Part shown: positions 24,894 to 39,190 of the stretch, piece by piece
Numbering within the stretch: position 1 is the first letter of the stretch
Layout: each line of letters starts with the position of its first letter
Assembly: GCA_951406725.2 (NCBI GenBank)
Contig: OX597838.1
Coordinates: 34,410,001-34,474,000 of the forward strand
Direction: 5' to 3'
Length of the DNA stretch: 64,000 nt
DNA from: Octopus vulgaris
Lineage: Eukaryota
Translations under genes and position numbers: made by a program
Notes under the pieces: generated by a model
The model's input: the letters and a program-made list of their open reading frames with translations, nothing else
The model's database searches: none
Told to the model about the DNA's origin: nothing

Positions 24894-26468
24894 CTATTAA
24901 AAAAGAACCCAATAAATAAAATTCATTTCCCTCTCCACCACAACCCTACTCAGTTTGTATTTAGTTGCTTTTGTAATTTCTTTGCACCAAGCTGAGTGGC
25001 TGTGTGATAAGTATCTTGCCGACCAACCACATGGTTCCGGGTTCAATCCCGCTGCGTGGCACCTTGGGAAAGTGTCTTCAACTATAGCCTCGGGCCGACC
25101 AAGGCCTTGTGAGTGGATTTGGTAGACGGAAACTGAAAGAAGCCCGTCGTATATATGTGTGTGTGTGTCTGTGTTTGTCCCCCTAGCATTGCTTGACAAC
25201 CGATGTTGGTGTGTTCATGTCCCCGTTACTTAGCGGTTCGGCAAAAGAGACCGATAGAATAAGTACTGGGCTTACAAAAGAATAAGTCCCGGGGTCAAGA
25301 TGCTCGACTAAAGGCAGTGCTCCAGCATGGCCGCAGTCAAATGACTGAAACAAGAGTAAGAGTAAGCTTATTTCTCTCGTGGTAGGTCTCAGTGCAGCTC
25401 ATACTCATATACAAATGCACAACTAACTTCATTTCTTCAAATACTGTTATTCCTTCCTACCCACCCAATTTTATGACATTATGCCAATCATCCGTAATTT
25501 CCTTTACTAAATCATCACAGTCATAAACCCTTTAGCATTCAGATTATTCTGTCAAATGTAATATCTATTCACATTGTTTTGAATGAATCATGCATTATCT
25601 TGTAGCTTTCGGGGGATTCAATGATGTGATTGTTTATTTTGAAGATGTCACTGTAGGACAGGGGTAAGAGGACGGATCTGGTGGGCTTCAACTTAAAACA
25701 GGCAAACCACTCTTTAAGGTTGTCTCTACAGAGATTCTATAGAAATTAAAGCCAGATATCAGAAAGCAGAACCAAAATTGAGGTTGATCAACATCAGTGG
25801 AAATTGCAGCTGTGGTTAAGCAAACCATCCGATCGTGGCCGTCTGGCCTCCGTGCCCGTGGCATGTAAAAGCACCATCCATTCGTATCCGTTGCCAGCCT
25901 CGCCTGGCCCCCGTTCTGGTGGCACGTAAAAGCACCATCTGTTCGTGTCCATTGCCAGCCTCGCCTGGCCCCCGTGCCGGTGGCACGTAAAAGCACCATC
26001 CGTTCGTAGCCGTTTGCCAGCTCCGTCTGGCACCTGTGCGGGTGGCACGTAAAAAGCACCCACTACACTCACGGAGGGGTTGGCGTTAGGAAGGGCATCC
26101 AGCCGTAGAAACACTGCCAGATCAGACTGGGCCTGATGCTGCCTTCCGGCTTCACAGTCCCCAGTTGAACCGTCCAACCCATGCTAGCATGGAAAGCGGA
26201 CGCTAAATGATGATGATGATGATGTTTCATATCTGAGATGTCAGATGTGAACAATGAGATTGAAGATAAAAAAAAAGGATAATGGGTATATATGCCATAT
26301 TTTGGGAGTTTCTGCTTCTTCAGCACCCATCTAACCCTTTAATCATCCTTGAACACATTGCTTAAATAGCCACAAAATACGGCATTGTAATGTTATTGGA
26401 TATACCAATTTTACATATTAAACACATTCCTGGAAGCTGGTATATAAATACTGTGTCCCTACAGGGCA

Positions 26469-27529
26469 TTAACCCTTTCGTTACTATATTTCTGATCAAA
26501 ATACACCCCTCATGAGTTTCAATTAAATTCTAAAATAATCATGAATCTAGGCTTGTTTCATTAAATAACTGTAACTTTTTTACTTATCAACATATTAATG
26601 TGATATTTGGAACATAATTAAAGGAAGGGTTCTTAATCAATTCTATTGCATAACTTTTGTCTCAAAGTGACTTTAATTACAGGTAAATCCAGGTAAATTG
26701 AGCAAAAGGTAAAAATATTAAAATGTTGTTTAAACATCACCATAGAAAATGAATCATCAGCTAATATTCAAATGGGTATGCAACAAAATTTTGATAAAGA
26801 AGAAGTGTGCACATCACTATATCATCAGTTGAATTTAATGCACAACAGGTGTACCATAAAGGTGGAATAAACTGAAATATTGGAATCCACCGTAAGTTTG
26901 ACTGAACTAAAGAAATCGGTCAAAAAATAATATACGGCTCTGGTTATGGTATGGAAGTGATAAATTCCAGACCACATCGTTCCCTAGGCTATGCTGACTA
27001 ACATTATTTTCCCTGTATAAAAACTAAATCCATGCAGTACCCAGTATTTGCTTCACAAATTTTCCGAAATTTGAACCCCCATTTTGTGTTTGTTTACATT
27101 CTGCGTAAGTTTGTTTCCGCATTGATCGCTTCAAACAATAACTTCCAGACCACATCATACCCTAAGCCATGCTGACTAACATTAGTTTCCCTGTATAAAA
27201 ACTAAATCCACAACAGTACCCAGTATTTGTTTCACAAATTTTCCAATTCAGAATCAATGCTTGATAACATGAAACTCCTATCTATTTTCAAAGTTGAAGA
27301 AAAATCGATGCTGAAAAAAATCTCCCAAAATTCAAGGAATTAAAATTACACTTCGATCTTTGTACAAAACTGTAGATGAACTGTTTACGAAGCATAATCA
27401 CGTGTTTTCACGAATGTACTAAAGAGATTTGCTCTGATATTCTCATTTAAATATGAATAGGTAAATTTGGGCGGGTTTGGTCACATTAACCAAAATTTTT
27501 TTCAGGCGGCTTTGGTAACGAAAGGGTTA
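26469..27529. mobile_element. Non-autonomous piggyBac-like element, about 1.06 kb
   Basis: TTAA-CCCTTTCGTTAC ... GTAACGAAAGGG-TTAA, the same termini as MITE family A, with an internal direct repeat of about 105 bp (~26960-27065 and ~27140-27245). Confidence 0.8.
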
Positions 27530-27555
27530 AAACAAGGAGACTACTGGGGCTGGAT

Positions 27556-27847
27556 GCTGCTGAGAACCCCTTCGGTCATGACTGACCATGGGATTGCACC
27601 TAGAAAGTTACCCTCCCAGGCACAAGTCCGGGCAAGATTGTTTACGGAAGACCAGCAGTCACCCATGCATACCGGCCTCCCCTCTCCATGCCACCAGTGT
27701 TACCCAAGGGAAAGGCAAAGGGGCCAATACAGCTTGGCCCCTGTAACGTCGCAACTCATTTCTACAGCTGACTAAGCTGGAGCAACGGTTCGGGATTTGA
27801 AATCACAACCTCACGATCGTAAGCTCGACACTCTAACCACTGAGCCA
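27556..27847 (-). mobile_element. tRNA-derived SINE family D with an 11-bp TSD
   Basis: Head TGGCTCAGTGGTTAGAG...GATTTCAAATCCC; flanked by TGGGGCTGGAT at 27545-27555 and 27848-27858. Confidence 0.75.
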
Positions 27848-30800
27848 TGGGGCTGGATATGGCTGGTTTAAATGCCAAAGGGTTAACAACAGTTTGGTGT
27901 ATATTTCATTTTCAGAGCAATCCTTTTACTCCTTCAGTGGTTTCGGTCATCTGGCAAATTTCATTCCCATGACAGTCATACAATGGATTTGAACTGAGAA
28001 CCCCGCTGTGTAAAGTGAACTTCTTACCCAAACACACCTGCATTCATCATCATCAACATTATTTTGACAACTGCTTTCCCATGCTTGCATGGGTTGAAGG
28101 GAGTTTACTGAGGCAGATTTTCTTGCAGCCTGATACCCTTCCAGCCACCAACCCTCACCTATTTCTAATCACGCAAATATATACCCCACAGCCAGACACA
28201 TTCTCATGTAGTGAGAAACAGGGTACCATATCATATGATATGGAAGAAAGCCACTCAACCAAAAAAACAAAGACTAAACCCACCAAAGAAAAAGTGTTCA
28301 TCTATTTAATAATTTTGTCCCATTTGATAGTGGGGTCTTGGTTTGGGAGTTTCAGGGCTTTTGAGTGCTATTGTCCCCTGCTTCACTCTGAACCAGAGTA
28401 GTAGCAATTGTGAGGGCGTAACCACTTGAGCCAGGGCTTGTCAAATCAGGGGATGCAGTACAGTAGATACGAGGTATTTCGATAAAACAAATCTTATTGG
28501 AGCCAATGGTGAGTCTCACAAGATGCTGAGCAGATGAGCAAACAGCAAACTGTTAACGGTCAGGATCAACCAGTCCAGCTAGCAAACAACTGCAATCATC
28601 TGTAGTAAGGGTGTGGGCAGATGAGATATTTCAGCTAGTGAAAGAGCAAGCCAAAGGTTCATGCCACACTGCTTGATTGGGACATCTGGCCTGGAAGAGC
28701 AGTGAGCCCTATCAGATCTCAAATCTCCCTGAAAACCACACCTTACCATCTAATCCTTTAGCAGTCTACTCTAACAGTCATTTGACTGTGACCATGCTGG
28801 AGCACTGCCTTGAATGTTTTCAGTTGATCAAATCAACCCCAGGATTTAAAAAAAAGTACTTATTCGTTCAGCTAGTGTTTTCTTAGGAACATAAATTGGG
28901 ACTAAGGTTTGGTGGAAGATTTTAATTCAAAACTTATGAAAACAAGACATTTGTACCTCAGAGACAGAGCCGGTTTCAGCTGGGTTGGTAACGAAAGGGT
29001 TAAATCACCTATCAGAAACGCCTAGTATAAACGAAAACCATTTGACAATGTAATATAAGACAATACCATCCAACCATGAAGCATAGTTTAAACCCATTCA
29101 ATCATGAAGTGGAGAACAATATCATCCAATTATATCTTACATTTTTTACTTGTTTCAGTCATTCAACAGTGGCTATGCTGGGGCACCACCTTGTAGGGTT
29201 TTAGCTGAACAAACCATCATCATCATTGTTTAATGTCTGTCTCATTCCCTCAATACTTATCCTATTGGTCTCTTATGCTGAGCTGCTAAGTTACAGGGAA
29301 GTAAACAAGCCAACACCAGTAGCCAAACAGTAGTAGGGGATAAACACACAGAAACACACACATATACACATACACGCAATGAGTTTCAGTTTCCATTCAC
29401 CAAATCCACTCGGTTGGTCTGTGACTTAGAAGACACTTGCCCAAGGTGCCACACAGTTGAACTGAACCCAGAACCAAGGGGTTCGGAAGCAAACTTCTTA
29501 CCACACAGCCATGCCTGAGCCTATAAATACCACATCAAGGTTCCAGTATAGAATAATACCATTTAACCATGTAGCAGACACGATACTACCCAGCCACAGA
29601 GAATACTATTCAACAATATAGTACAGACCTAAACAATCCAACAATAGTCATCATGATCATCATCAACATCATTTAATGTTTGCTGTCCATGCTGGCATGG
29701 GTTGGATGATTTGACAACTGCTTTGGCATGGTTTCTATGGCTGTATGCTCTTCCTAACACCGACCACTTTACAGAATGTACCGGGTACATTTTTTTGCAA
29801 TATGCAAAAACCAAAAGGGACTAAAGGCACCCCCTATCACTGGAGGAAGGATGTAATGACTCTCGGTACAGTGATGAGAGAAACAGGTCTATAGTAGAGC
29901 TGGCAGAAACGTTAGCATGCCGGGCAAAATGCGTAGCTGTATTTCATCTGCCGCTACGTTCTGAGTTCAAATTCCGCCGAGGTCGACTTTGCCTTTCATC
30001 CTTTCGGGGTCGATAAATTAAGTACCAGTTACGCACTGGGGTTCAATGTAATCGACTTAATCAGTTTGTCTGTCCTTGTTTGTCCCCTCTGTGTTTAGCC
30101 CCTTGTGGGTAGTAAAGAAATAGGTTTATAGTAGAATAAGATGAGGTTGTGGGAGTAAAGGTAGACACAATTGGTGGAAGGGATTAGTGAGACGGGGATG
30201 GACAATGGTGAGGGTGATGAGGTGGATTATGTAAGGGGAATCCAGGGCTATTTCACATAAAGGTACAGATGGAAGGTGTGTATGGAGGAAGAGATGATGA
30301 CATCTCTCGACATGACGGCAAAGGACTGAGATACCTGGCGCCAAGGAGACTCATCCTCCACAGCAGATGCACTTAGGCCACAACCCCTGGTGAAGATAGG
30401 CCTGCTAGAGTTTTGTATCAGTGCCATGTAGAAAGCACTTGTTGCTGGTGCAGTGTCTCATTAAAAGCACCCAGAACACATTGGCATTAGGAAGGGCATC
30501 CAGCCATGGAAACCCAGCCAAATCAGACTAGAACCTGGTGCAGCACTCCAGCTTGCTAAGCTCTGGTCCAACCGTCCAACCCATGCCAGCATGGAAAAAC
30601 TGATGTTAAAGGATGACGATGATGATGATCAAGAGTCACCAAAGGTAGAAGTATGGAAGGTCTCGGGATTAGACCTGAAGGGGAGAGACGAGAGGGTGTT
30701 AATAATGCAGAGAAACTGTAGGGAGAGGACAGCGAGAAAAAGGCAGAAGGGAGAGAGAGAGAGTGTGGTGGCTGGCATGTGAGAAAGTGTCACAGGTTGT

Positions 30801-32641
30801 GACAAGAGACATAAACAATGACAGGCTGAAAGTGCTTATTAACCCTTTAGCATTCAGCTTACTCAGTCAAATGAAATGCTTATTTATTCAAATTGTTTTG
30901 AATTAATCACGCATTATCTCATAGCTTCATGGTTTCAATGATATGATTATTCATTTTAGAATGAGATTACAGGGTAGGTTTGAGAGGCTAGGTCTGCTTG
31001 GTTTGAACATTAAACAGGTTGGATACGGCCAGTTTAGATGCTAAAGGATTGAAGTAAAGAGATGCATGAAGATGGGGGAGGCCTAGTAAAGAAAAGTGGA
31101 TGTAGTGATTGGAGGTGATATAAGGGTGAATAATCACAAGTGGTGGAGAGATAAGATATGGAGGGGTATGAGAGATAGTGAGAATACACACTCCACCCCA
31201 CTTTGCACAACCAGTTATCTCCCCCACCCATTAGAACCACCCCCTTTTAAAGAGCCATCCTTTGTTTTCAGTATTGTCCTTTCCCAATTTATTCTCCATT
31301 GATTATCATGTTGTATATCTCCAGTTATCTCTCCCTCTCCTTGGAGCTACACTTTAGGCCGGCTTCACCCCATCATTAACCCTTTAGGGTTCAGATTATC
31401 CTGTCAAATGTGATGTTTGTTTATTTAAAATGGTTTGAATTAATCATGCATTATCTTGTAGTTTAGAGATTTCAATGATGTGATTTTTTTAGTTTTAGAA
31501 TGACATGGTAGGGCTGAGGTGAGAGGCGAGATCTGGTCAGTTTCAATATAAAACAGGTTAAATATTTTGGCCAGATTGAATGCTAAAGGGTTAAATCCTC
31601 TTATTTACTCCCTAACATTCTCTTCCCACATCTGCTGTCAACGGCTTCTTCCCCCCCCCCCCATGCACTATGGTCATCCTTGCATGCTTCTAACATCCAT
31701 CACTATCATTGTACACCTCACTCTCTTTCTCGCCCATACCCACTCTCACTTTGCACACCATCTCCCTATTTTGATCTACATACAGGTTTATTATATTGCT
31801 GCTCCCTACCCTTCCTGCACTACCACTTATCAATCCCAACTTCCTGGATCCGCCGTCCCATACTGATATTTACCTATTTCTTTACTACCCACAAGGGGCT
31901 AAACACAGAGAGGACAAACAAATGGATTAAGTCGATTATATCAACCCCAGTGCGTAACTGGTACTAAATTTATCGACCCCAAAAGGATGAAAGGCTAAGT
32001 CGACCTCGGCGGAATTTGAACTCAGAACGTAGTGGCAGACGAAATACCGCTAAGCATTTTGCCCGGCATGCTAACGATTCTGCCAGCTCGCAGCCTTTCT
32101 GTCCCATACTGATATTTACCATTGAACACATTACCATTCACCTTAACACCCAGCTAACCATCTGTTACTTTCTTCGAATGAACTTATCCACCTACCCTCC
32201 CTGATTTTTTTTGCATTCTCTCGTACTCACCTTCTTGTATTTTTACAGTACATTCTGAGACCTTGTCGTCTTTCCTGCAACTCTGACCCACCCTTAATAC
32301 AGGATAGCTATGTATCTCCTCTACAGCAAGACACTTGTGCCTGTCCCGTTACACCTTAGCTTTTCAATTCATGGCATAAAGCCACCTCCCTCTTCATTGC
32401 AACCCCACTCAGTTGTTGTTGGTGGTGGTGGCGACTTTGTCTTGCGAGTTTCTTGACATAGGCATAGGAGTGGCTGTGTGCTAAGTAGCTTGCTTACGAA
32501 CCACATGGTTCTGGGTTCAGTCCCACTGCGTGGCACCTTGGGAAAGTGTCTTCTACTATAGCCTCGGGTCAACCAAAGCCTTGTGAGTGGATTTGGTAGA
32601 TGGAAACTGAAAGAAGCCCGTCATATATATGTGTGTGTATG

Positions 32642-32689
<48 letters not shown>

Positions 32690-32900
32690 AGAAGTATTGG
32701 GGGTGATGTATAGATTTAATACATGTCAAAGAAAAGAGGTGTTTAGAATATTTATTTACATATCACATATTATTTCTTCATATTAGCACTTTCAACTGCT
32801 CCTGTAAAACGCTAAGATGAAGAAATAATATGTGATATGTAAATAAATATATATTTTTACAACCATCCAGCATTCTGAACACCTTTTTTCTTTCATATAT
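32690..32900. mobile_element. Foldback MITE inserted in the (TA)n tract of a SINE
   Basis: Long inverted repeat ATATTTATTTACATATCACATATTATTTCTTCAT / ATGAAGAAATAATATGTGATATGTAAATAAATAT, with outer arms GGTGTTTAGAAT / ATTCTGAACACC. Confidence 0.65.
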
Positions 32901-32918
32901 ATATATATATATATATGT

Positions 32919-32972
<54 letters not shown>

Positions 32973-35897
32973 GTATGTTTGACCCCCGTAACTTAGCGGT
33001 TCGGCATAAGAGACCGATAGAATAAGTACTAGGCTTACAAAGAATAAGTCCTAGGGGTTGATTTGCTCTCGACTAAAGGTGGTGCTCCAGCATGGCCACA
33101 GTCAAATGACTGAAACAAGTAAAAGAGTAACCTCATCGGTGCCAGTGCTATGAAAAGAAAGCACCCAGTATAGCCCCCAATGTGATTGGCATTAGGAAAG
33201 GCATCCAGTCAAACCAAAACAGACACTGAAGTTTGATGCAGTCCTCAAGCTCTTTGGATCTTGTGAAACCATCCAACCCATGCCAGCATGGAAGACAGAT
33301 GTTAAACGATGATGATAAGCTTCCTACAGTTTCCGTCCACAAAGCATTGGTTAGCCCAGGAGCTGTAACAGAAGACACTTGCCTGAGGTACAGTGTAGTG
33401 GGACTGAACCTGAAACTACATGGTTATGAAATGAACTTCTTAACCACACAGCTATGCCCAATTCACTAAATATAGATCAACGAAATAAGAGTTAGGCAGA
33501 TTACTAAGTTTGATAAATATCAACTAAAAAGCGTTCAAAGCAATGCCCCAGTATGGCAGAGGCCAATGATTAAGACCAGCAATAAAAAATCTCCTTTTTT
33601 TTTTTGTAACAGTATCTATATGTCATGATTTAATATGTAATCATTGTCCACCCTGCTGGGTGGTTGGTGTTAGGAAGGGCATCCAGCTGTAAAAACTTGT
33701 GTCAAAACAAACACAGAAGTCTGCTGCAGGCTCCTGTCAAACCCTCCCACCCATGCCAGCATGGAAGGCGGATTTTAAATGATGATGATGCAAGAAGGCA
33801 TTTTGGAATGACATTCTCAGTATCGCTTCTAGTTTCTGTTAAAACCCAACCCATGATTTGTTTGTTGTCCTTCATTGCTATTCCATTCCCGGAACACACA
33901 TTTAATTCATAGTTCCACACAACCCTGCAGTTCCTTTCTCCCAGACTGGTGAAATTAATGCGGCTCATGTTGAGTTGCAACATCTGCAAGCCAGTGTCCA
34001 CAGGAAAAAAACACGGACAGAGCTCATCCATATGACACTGCCACCAACTCCAACTCAGAGCTGGCAAATCAACAAAGGAAGCTGTATGTGGTTGTTCAAC
34101 CTGATGAAAAGAGAAATAGCAACCAAATTACCCTCAAATCACACATGACTATCTACCATCTTGAGAAAAGGAAGGATACATTGTACAGTTTAGCTCTAGA
34201 TATATAAAAAGACAGATCTTTTCGGTTTGAATGGCAGTTTCTTCTAGCGGTGTCATATGAAACTGTCACCCATAATTATGACCCTAGTATCAATCTATTG
34301 CATTTCAATCTCTTTTAGGGTTAGGGGTGGGGGAAGGGTATCTTTTTTCTTCACTAATGTAAATAAACCCAATCTGTTTCTTAAACGAGGGACATATTCA
34401 TACGGCACAGAATGCTTTTTAACTCAATAACCACCGGATTGAAGATGCTCATGGATGAGCGAGTGAGGTTTATGGTGTTTAATTCTTCCCTTTAAACAAA
34501 GTTACTACATAAGTCATCTTTGAAGGCCATGTCCCACCATTGCAGAGCCCAGTGATAAAATACTTCTGTCTTTGTAACAGTAACTGCTATGTGTCATGAT
34601 TTTAATGATATTTAAACCAGGTGTGGCTGTGTGGTAAGAAGCCTGCTTCCCAACCACATGGTCCCGGGTTCAGTCCCACTGTGTGGCACCTTGGGTAAGT
34701 GTCTTCTATTATTGCGTCAGGTTGGCTGAAGCCTTGTGAGTGGATTTGGTAGATGGAAACCGAAAGAAGCCCATCATATATATCTAGATGTGTCTTTGTA
34801 TTTGTCCCTCCACCACCGATTGACAACCAGTGTTGGTGTGTTTGCGTTGCCGTAACTTGGTAGTTCGGGGGAAAAGGGACTGATAGGATAAGTACCAGGC
34901 TTAAAAAATAAGTCCTGGGGTCGATTTATTCGACTAAAAATTCAAGGTGATGCCCCAGCACAGTTACAGTCTAACGACTGAAACAAGTAAAAGATAAAAA
35001 GGTCCCAATGAAAGAAGGCATTTTGAACTTATGTTTTCAGTACCTTTTCTAGTTTTTGCTGAAATTCACCTAGTCCCCCATTGCTATTCCATTATCAGGG
35101 CACATATTTAAACTCAATTATTATATAGCTCATGTTGAGCTGAACCATCTGTAAGTCAGTGTCCATAGGGAAAACATGGGCAGAGTATCTCTGCATGACA
35201 CTGCCTCCAACTCAGAGCAGGCAAATCAACAAAGGAACCCCAGCAGACCAATCATCCCAACAGAAATTATTCTGCCCTCATCAACAAACTATGTTGCAGG
35301 TCACCTTGTTACCTGACTGATGAATGGGAACCAACCAATTTAATATCTGTCCTATGCCTTTATTCTGTGAAACCTCTACTAAGTCCTCTACCAAGGCGCA
35401 GGAGTGGCTGTGTGGTAAGTAGCTTGTTTACCACCGCATAGTTCCGGGTTCAGTCCCACTGCGTGGCACTTTGGGTAAGTGTCTTCTACAATAGCCTTGG
35501 GCCGACCAAAGCCTTGTGAGTGGATTTGGTAGATGAAAACTGAAAGAAGCCCGTTGTATATATATATGTGCGTGTGTGTGTTTGTGTCTGTCCCCCTAGC
35601 ATTGCTTGACAACCGATGCTGGTGTGTTTATGTCCCCGTCACTTAGCGGTTCGGCAAAAGAGACCGATAGAATAAGTACTGGGCTTACAAAAGAATAAGT
35701 CCCGGGGTCGAGTTACTCGATTAATGGCGGTGCTCCAGCATGGCCGCAGTCAAATGATTGAAACAAGTAAAAGAGTAAAAGAGAGTAAAGAGTAAGTCCT
35801 TTCATTCGTCATTTTGCCATACGAAATATCCCATGTAGCAAAGAAACGCTGAGTAGTGACAAAGTGAATATCATCAGCATTGAAGGACTGAACTCAC

Positions 35898-35938
35898 TTC
35901 ATGACATGTATTGAAAATTGCTTCTCCTGTTTGTTAAC
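35898..35938 (-). other. Candidate 41-nt exon of the - strand transcript
   Basis: Strong donor GAA|GTGAGT and a weaker acceptor (atgtttAG) in unique sequence. Confidence 0.3.
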
Positions 35939-36194
35939 CTAAACATATATATTTATAGTAGCCAGTCTTGAATATGTTCCGGTGGCACGTAAAAAGCACC
36001 CACTACACTCACGGAGTGGTTGCCGTTAGGAAGGGCATCCAGCTGTAAAAACTCTGCCAGATCAAGATTGGAGCCTGGTGCAGCCATCTGGTTTGCCAGC
36101 CCTCAGTCAAAATCGTCCAACCCATGCTAGCATGGAAAGCGGACGTATGATGATGACGACGATGACTATACTGCTGAGAGGAGGAATTAATATT

Positions 36195-36745
36195 ATGTAT
36201 ACTGTTTATATTAGTCGGGTCCGCGGCCATTTGCCAGCCCTGTCTGGCACCTGTGCGGGTGGCACATAAAAAGCACCCACTACACTCACGGAGTGGTTGG
36301 CGTTAGGAAGGGCATCCAGCCGTAGAAACACTGCCAAATCAGACTGGGCCTGGTGCAGCCTTCTGGCTTCCCTGACCCCAGTTGAACCGTTCAACCCATG
36401 CTAGCATGGAAAGCGGACGCTAAATGAAAAAAAAATGAACTGATGTCTTCATCTTGGATGTTACTTTCACTCCGTTTTGGCTGTTGTATGCTCCAGCCTC
36501 CATCAGGTGTCTTGTACTGAACTTGGTTGTTGTACTGGAATAATTTCAGACCCAACCCTTTGCAGTGAGCAGAATGAGAACAGTGTACCCTGTTGATCAA
36601 ATAAAGGGTTAAGTTCAAAATTCCAATACAACAACCGGGTCCCACCCAAGACGCCAGAAGGCTGGAGTGTACAACAGCCAAAACAGAGTAAAGGTAACTA
36701 ACAATCAAGTTGAGGACACCAGTCCGACTAATATAAACAGTAAAC
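36195..36745. mobile_element. Penelope-like inverted (foldback) remnant with decayed hammerhead motifs
   Basis: Inverted arms TTTTGGCTGTTGTATGCTCCAGCCT / AGGCTGGAGTGTACAACAGCCAAAA and ACTGTTTATATTAGTCGG / CCGACTAATATAAACAGT. The left arm is split by an RTE-tail insertion. Confidence 0.55.
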
Positions 36746-38217
36746 TTGATTATGGTATTTAGCACCAAATCAGCTCTGTTCAAGCAGATCAAAGGCTTTC
36801 CAGCCATGACCACTTTGTCTTGATTTCGGGATTAGTGCATCTACGACTAAATCATCCAATATTTCTTTTCCTTTTCTAATGTAGTAGGGTGTGATTCGAA
36901 AGAGTTTCTGGCTGCTATATCCAGCAGGATAAGCGACCACAGTGGCTCTCCTCAGCTTGCTTCTCTTGTTTTAGTTCACTTATCTGTAAAAAAAAGACCT
37001 TCTGCCCAAAAAAAGCTTTGTCTTTGTCACAGTTGTTTAAAAACAAATATCAAATTTCATTCCCTGACTCTGATTTTTGAGGGAGGACAACAAAAATTTA
37101 AATGTTATTCTAGGTTTCCAGTTGTTTAAAATGTTCTCAAGTCGACAGTATCAAATTGATATCATCCGCTAATTTTTCTTAGCCTTTCCATTACTCCTTT
37201 TTCTTTTTCTTTTAAAAAAGGATAAACTTTAGAATTTAGTTTGCTGAGGAGGCTTTCAAGATATTTTGGTTGATTGTTGCTATAAATTGGTTCCAAGCCA
37301 AACTTGATTGAGCAAATCTCTGATACAGGTGATTCCAGACATGATCACACCATCACATTTTGCACATTGGGGTGCAACGTATTTTTTTTTTCCTTTCTAT
37401 TTTTTAAACATGTAGCGTGTGATTTGAAGTAAATTTAACTGCTGTTTCTAACATATTGAGCGACTGCATAAAAGATCCTCCGCTTGGCACGTTTAGTTTT
37501 TCAGTTATTTCATTCCGTATAATCTCCGATTGAGCAGATCTGATTCAAAGCGCTCCAGCCACGAACATCCCATATATTTGGTATATCAGGGACTACTTCG
37601 TCTAATGTACCGTTCCTTTGACTGATGGTGGTAATGATTTGAGGGGAATTTACTTGCTATTTCTAGTAGGTCAAGTGACAGCGTCGAAGCTCCCAAGATA
37701 ATGCCCGCTGTCAGATAATAAACAATTTTCAAATTCTCTGGTCGTTGATTTTTTTTCCTTTTTATTTTAAATTTAAACTGTGCAATATAGTTAATAAACA
37801 ATATTATTTATCCCATATTATTATTCTCAAGTTTAAGTCGTTTATTTCTTTGAAGGTCTTTCGGTTTCAAGTTTTGCTTTGGTGACGCCAGTTCGTCATT
37901 TTATATGAAAGTAATTCGAACTGAAAACTTCGGTCAAATCCACAAATCAAAAGAATCATATCATATATCTCTGATCGTTTCAAGGTAGTTGATATTTTTT
38001 TTGTCTCCTGTTCGATGACTACAAATCTATTTTTTTCTTCTTTATTATTAAAGTACGATATTTCACATTTGTTTTAAAATAAAATCGTATTTCTTTTTCT
38101 ATATGTATAAATATTTTCTTGAAATAGTAGAATGCAATACAAAATATTTTCTCATCTATTGTTTCAAATTAAGACTGAGTAATTAATAAAAATAAACTTT
38201 AAAATTTGTGTAAGTAC

Positions 38218-38253
<36 letters not shown>

Positions 38254-39190
38254 GTGTGTATATATATATATATGTGTATATATATATATTGTTTTTTTTT
38301 CCAAACGTAATTGTCCATCTCATTTCTTTTTGATTCACACGAGGAAAATGATGCTTAGATATATTTATATATTTTTGCTTAAAAAAAAAAAAACGACAGG
38401 ACAATTACCTATATTTATATTTATGCATATACCTGTGTATTTGTGTGTATATATATATAAATATATATATATTTCAATGACATTTTCTTCGTCAGCATTT
38501 AGTAACGAAGTAGAAAAACAATATTTTTGTTTTTCTCCAGGTTTTCCATCACTTTTCGACACAAGTGTGTGTGTATATATATATATTATTATTATATATA
38601 TATATATATATGTATGTATAATTCACACATATACACACATATATGCGTATGTATAATGTGTGTATGTTGGACAGCAGAGAGAGAGAGAGAGAGAGAGATT
38701 GGCGTTTTAAAAGGTCGCTTCAATTATTCAAACATGAAACAAAATATCCGAGTAGTTTTAGAACATTTTTTTTTTTTTTCGTAATATATATATTTCTTCG
38801 CTTTGTCTTAATTTTTTTCGCATTCGAACAAATTAAGGTTATGGAAAATATTTCAAATTTTGTTAAAAAAAAAAAAAAAAAAAGAGCTTTTTATGGATTT
38901 GTACGACGGAGATTTCGAAGTGAATATCGCAAAGAGTCGAGACTGAATGTTTTAATCCTAGTCGTTCCTTCCCATGTGCCGCTTCTTGTTTGTCGGTGTT
39001 AAAAGTGCTGAGAGCGGTCGGGAGGCTTAGCGAATATCAAGACTAACACAGCTTTCACGTTAGAAGAGAGAGGGAAGTAAAATGAAATCTCAGCGAAACT
39101 CGTTAAGAATGCTAAATCAAATAATAAATGGCTCGTTCGTGGCTACGACAATGAGAAAATAATATAATAAACATTTTGTAAGAAACTCAC

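Noticed and set aside
25385-25522. C/D box snoRNA on the - strand (GTGATGA...CTGA)
   Set aside because: There is no terminal stem, it is long for a C/D snoRNA, and it has no convincing rRNA antisense element.
34310-34335. Telomeric repeat (TTTTAGGGTTAGGGG)
   Set aside because: There are only about two units, inside what appears to be an interspersed repeat; it is not a telomere or a real interstitial array.
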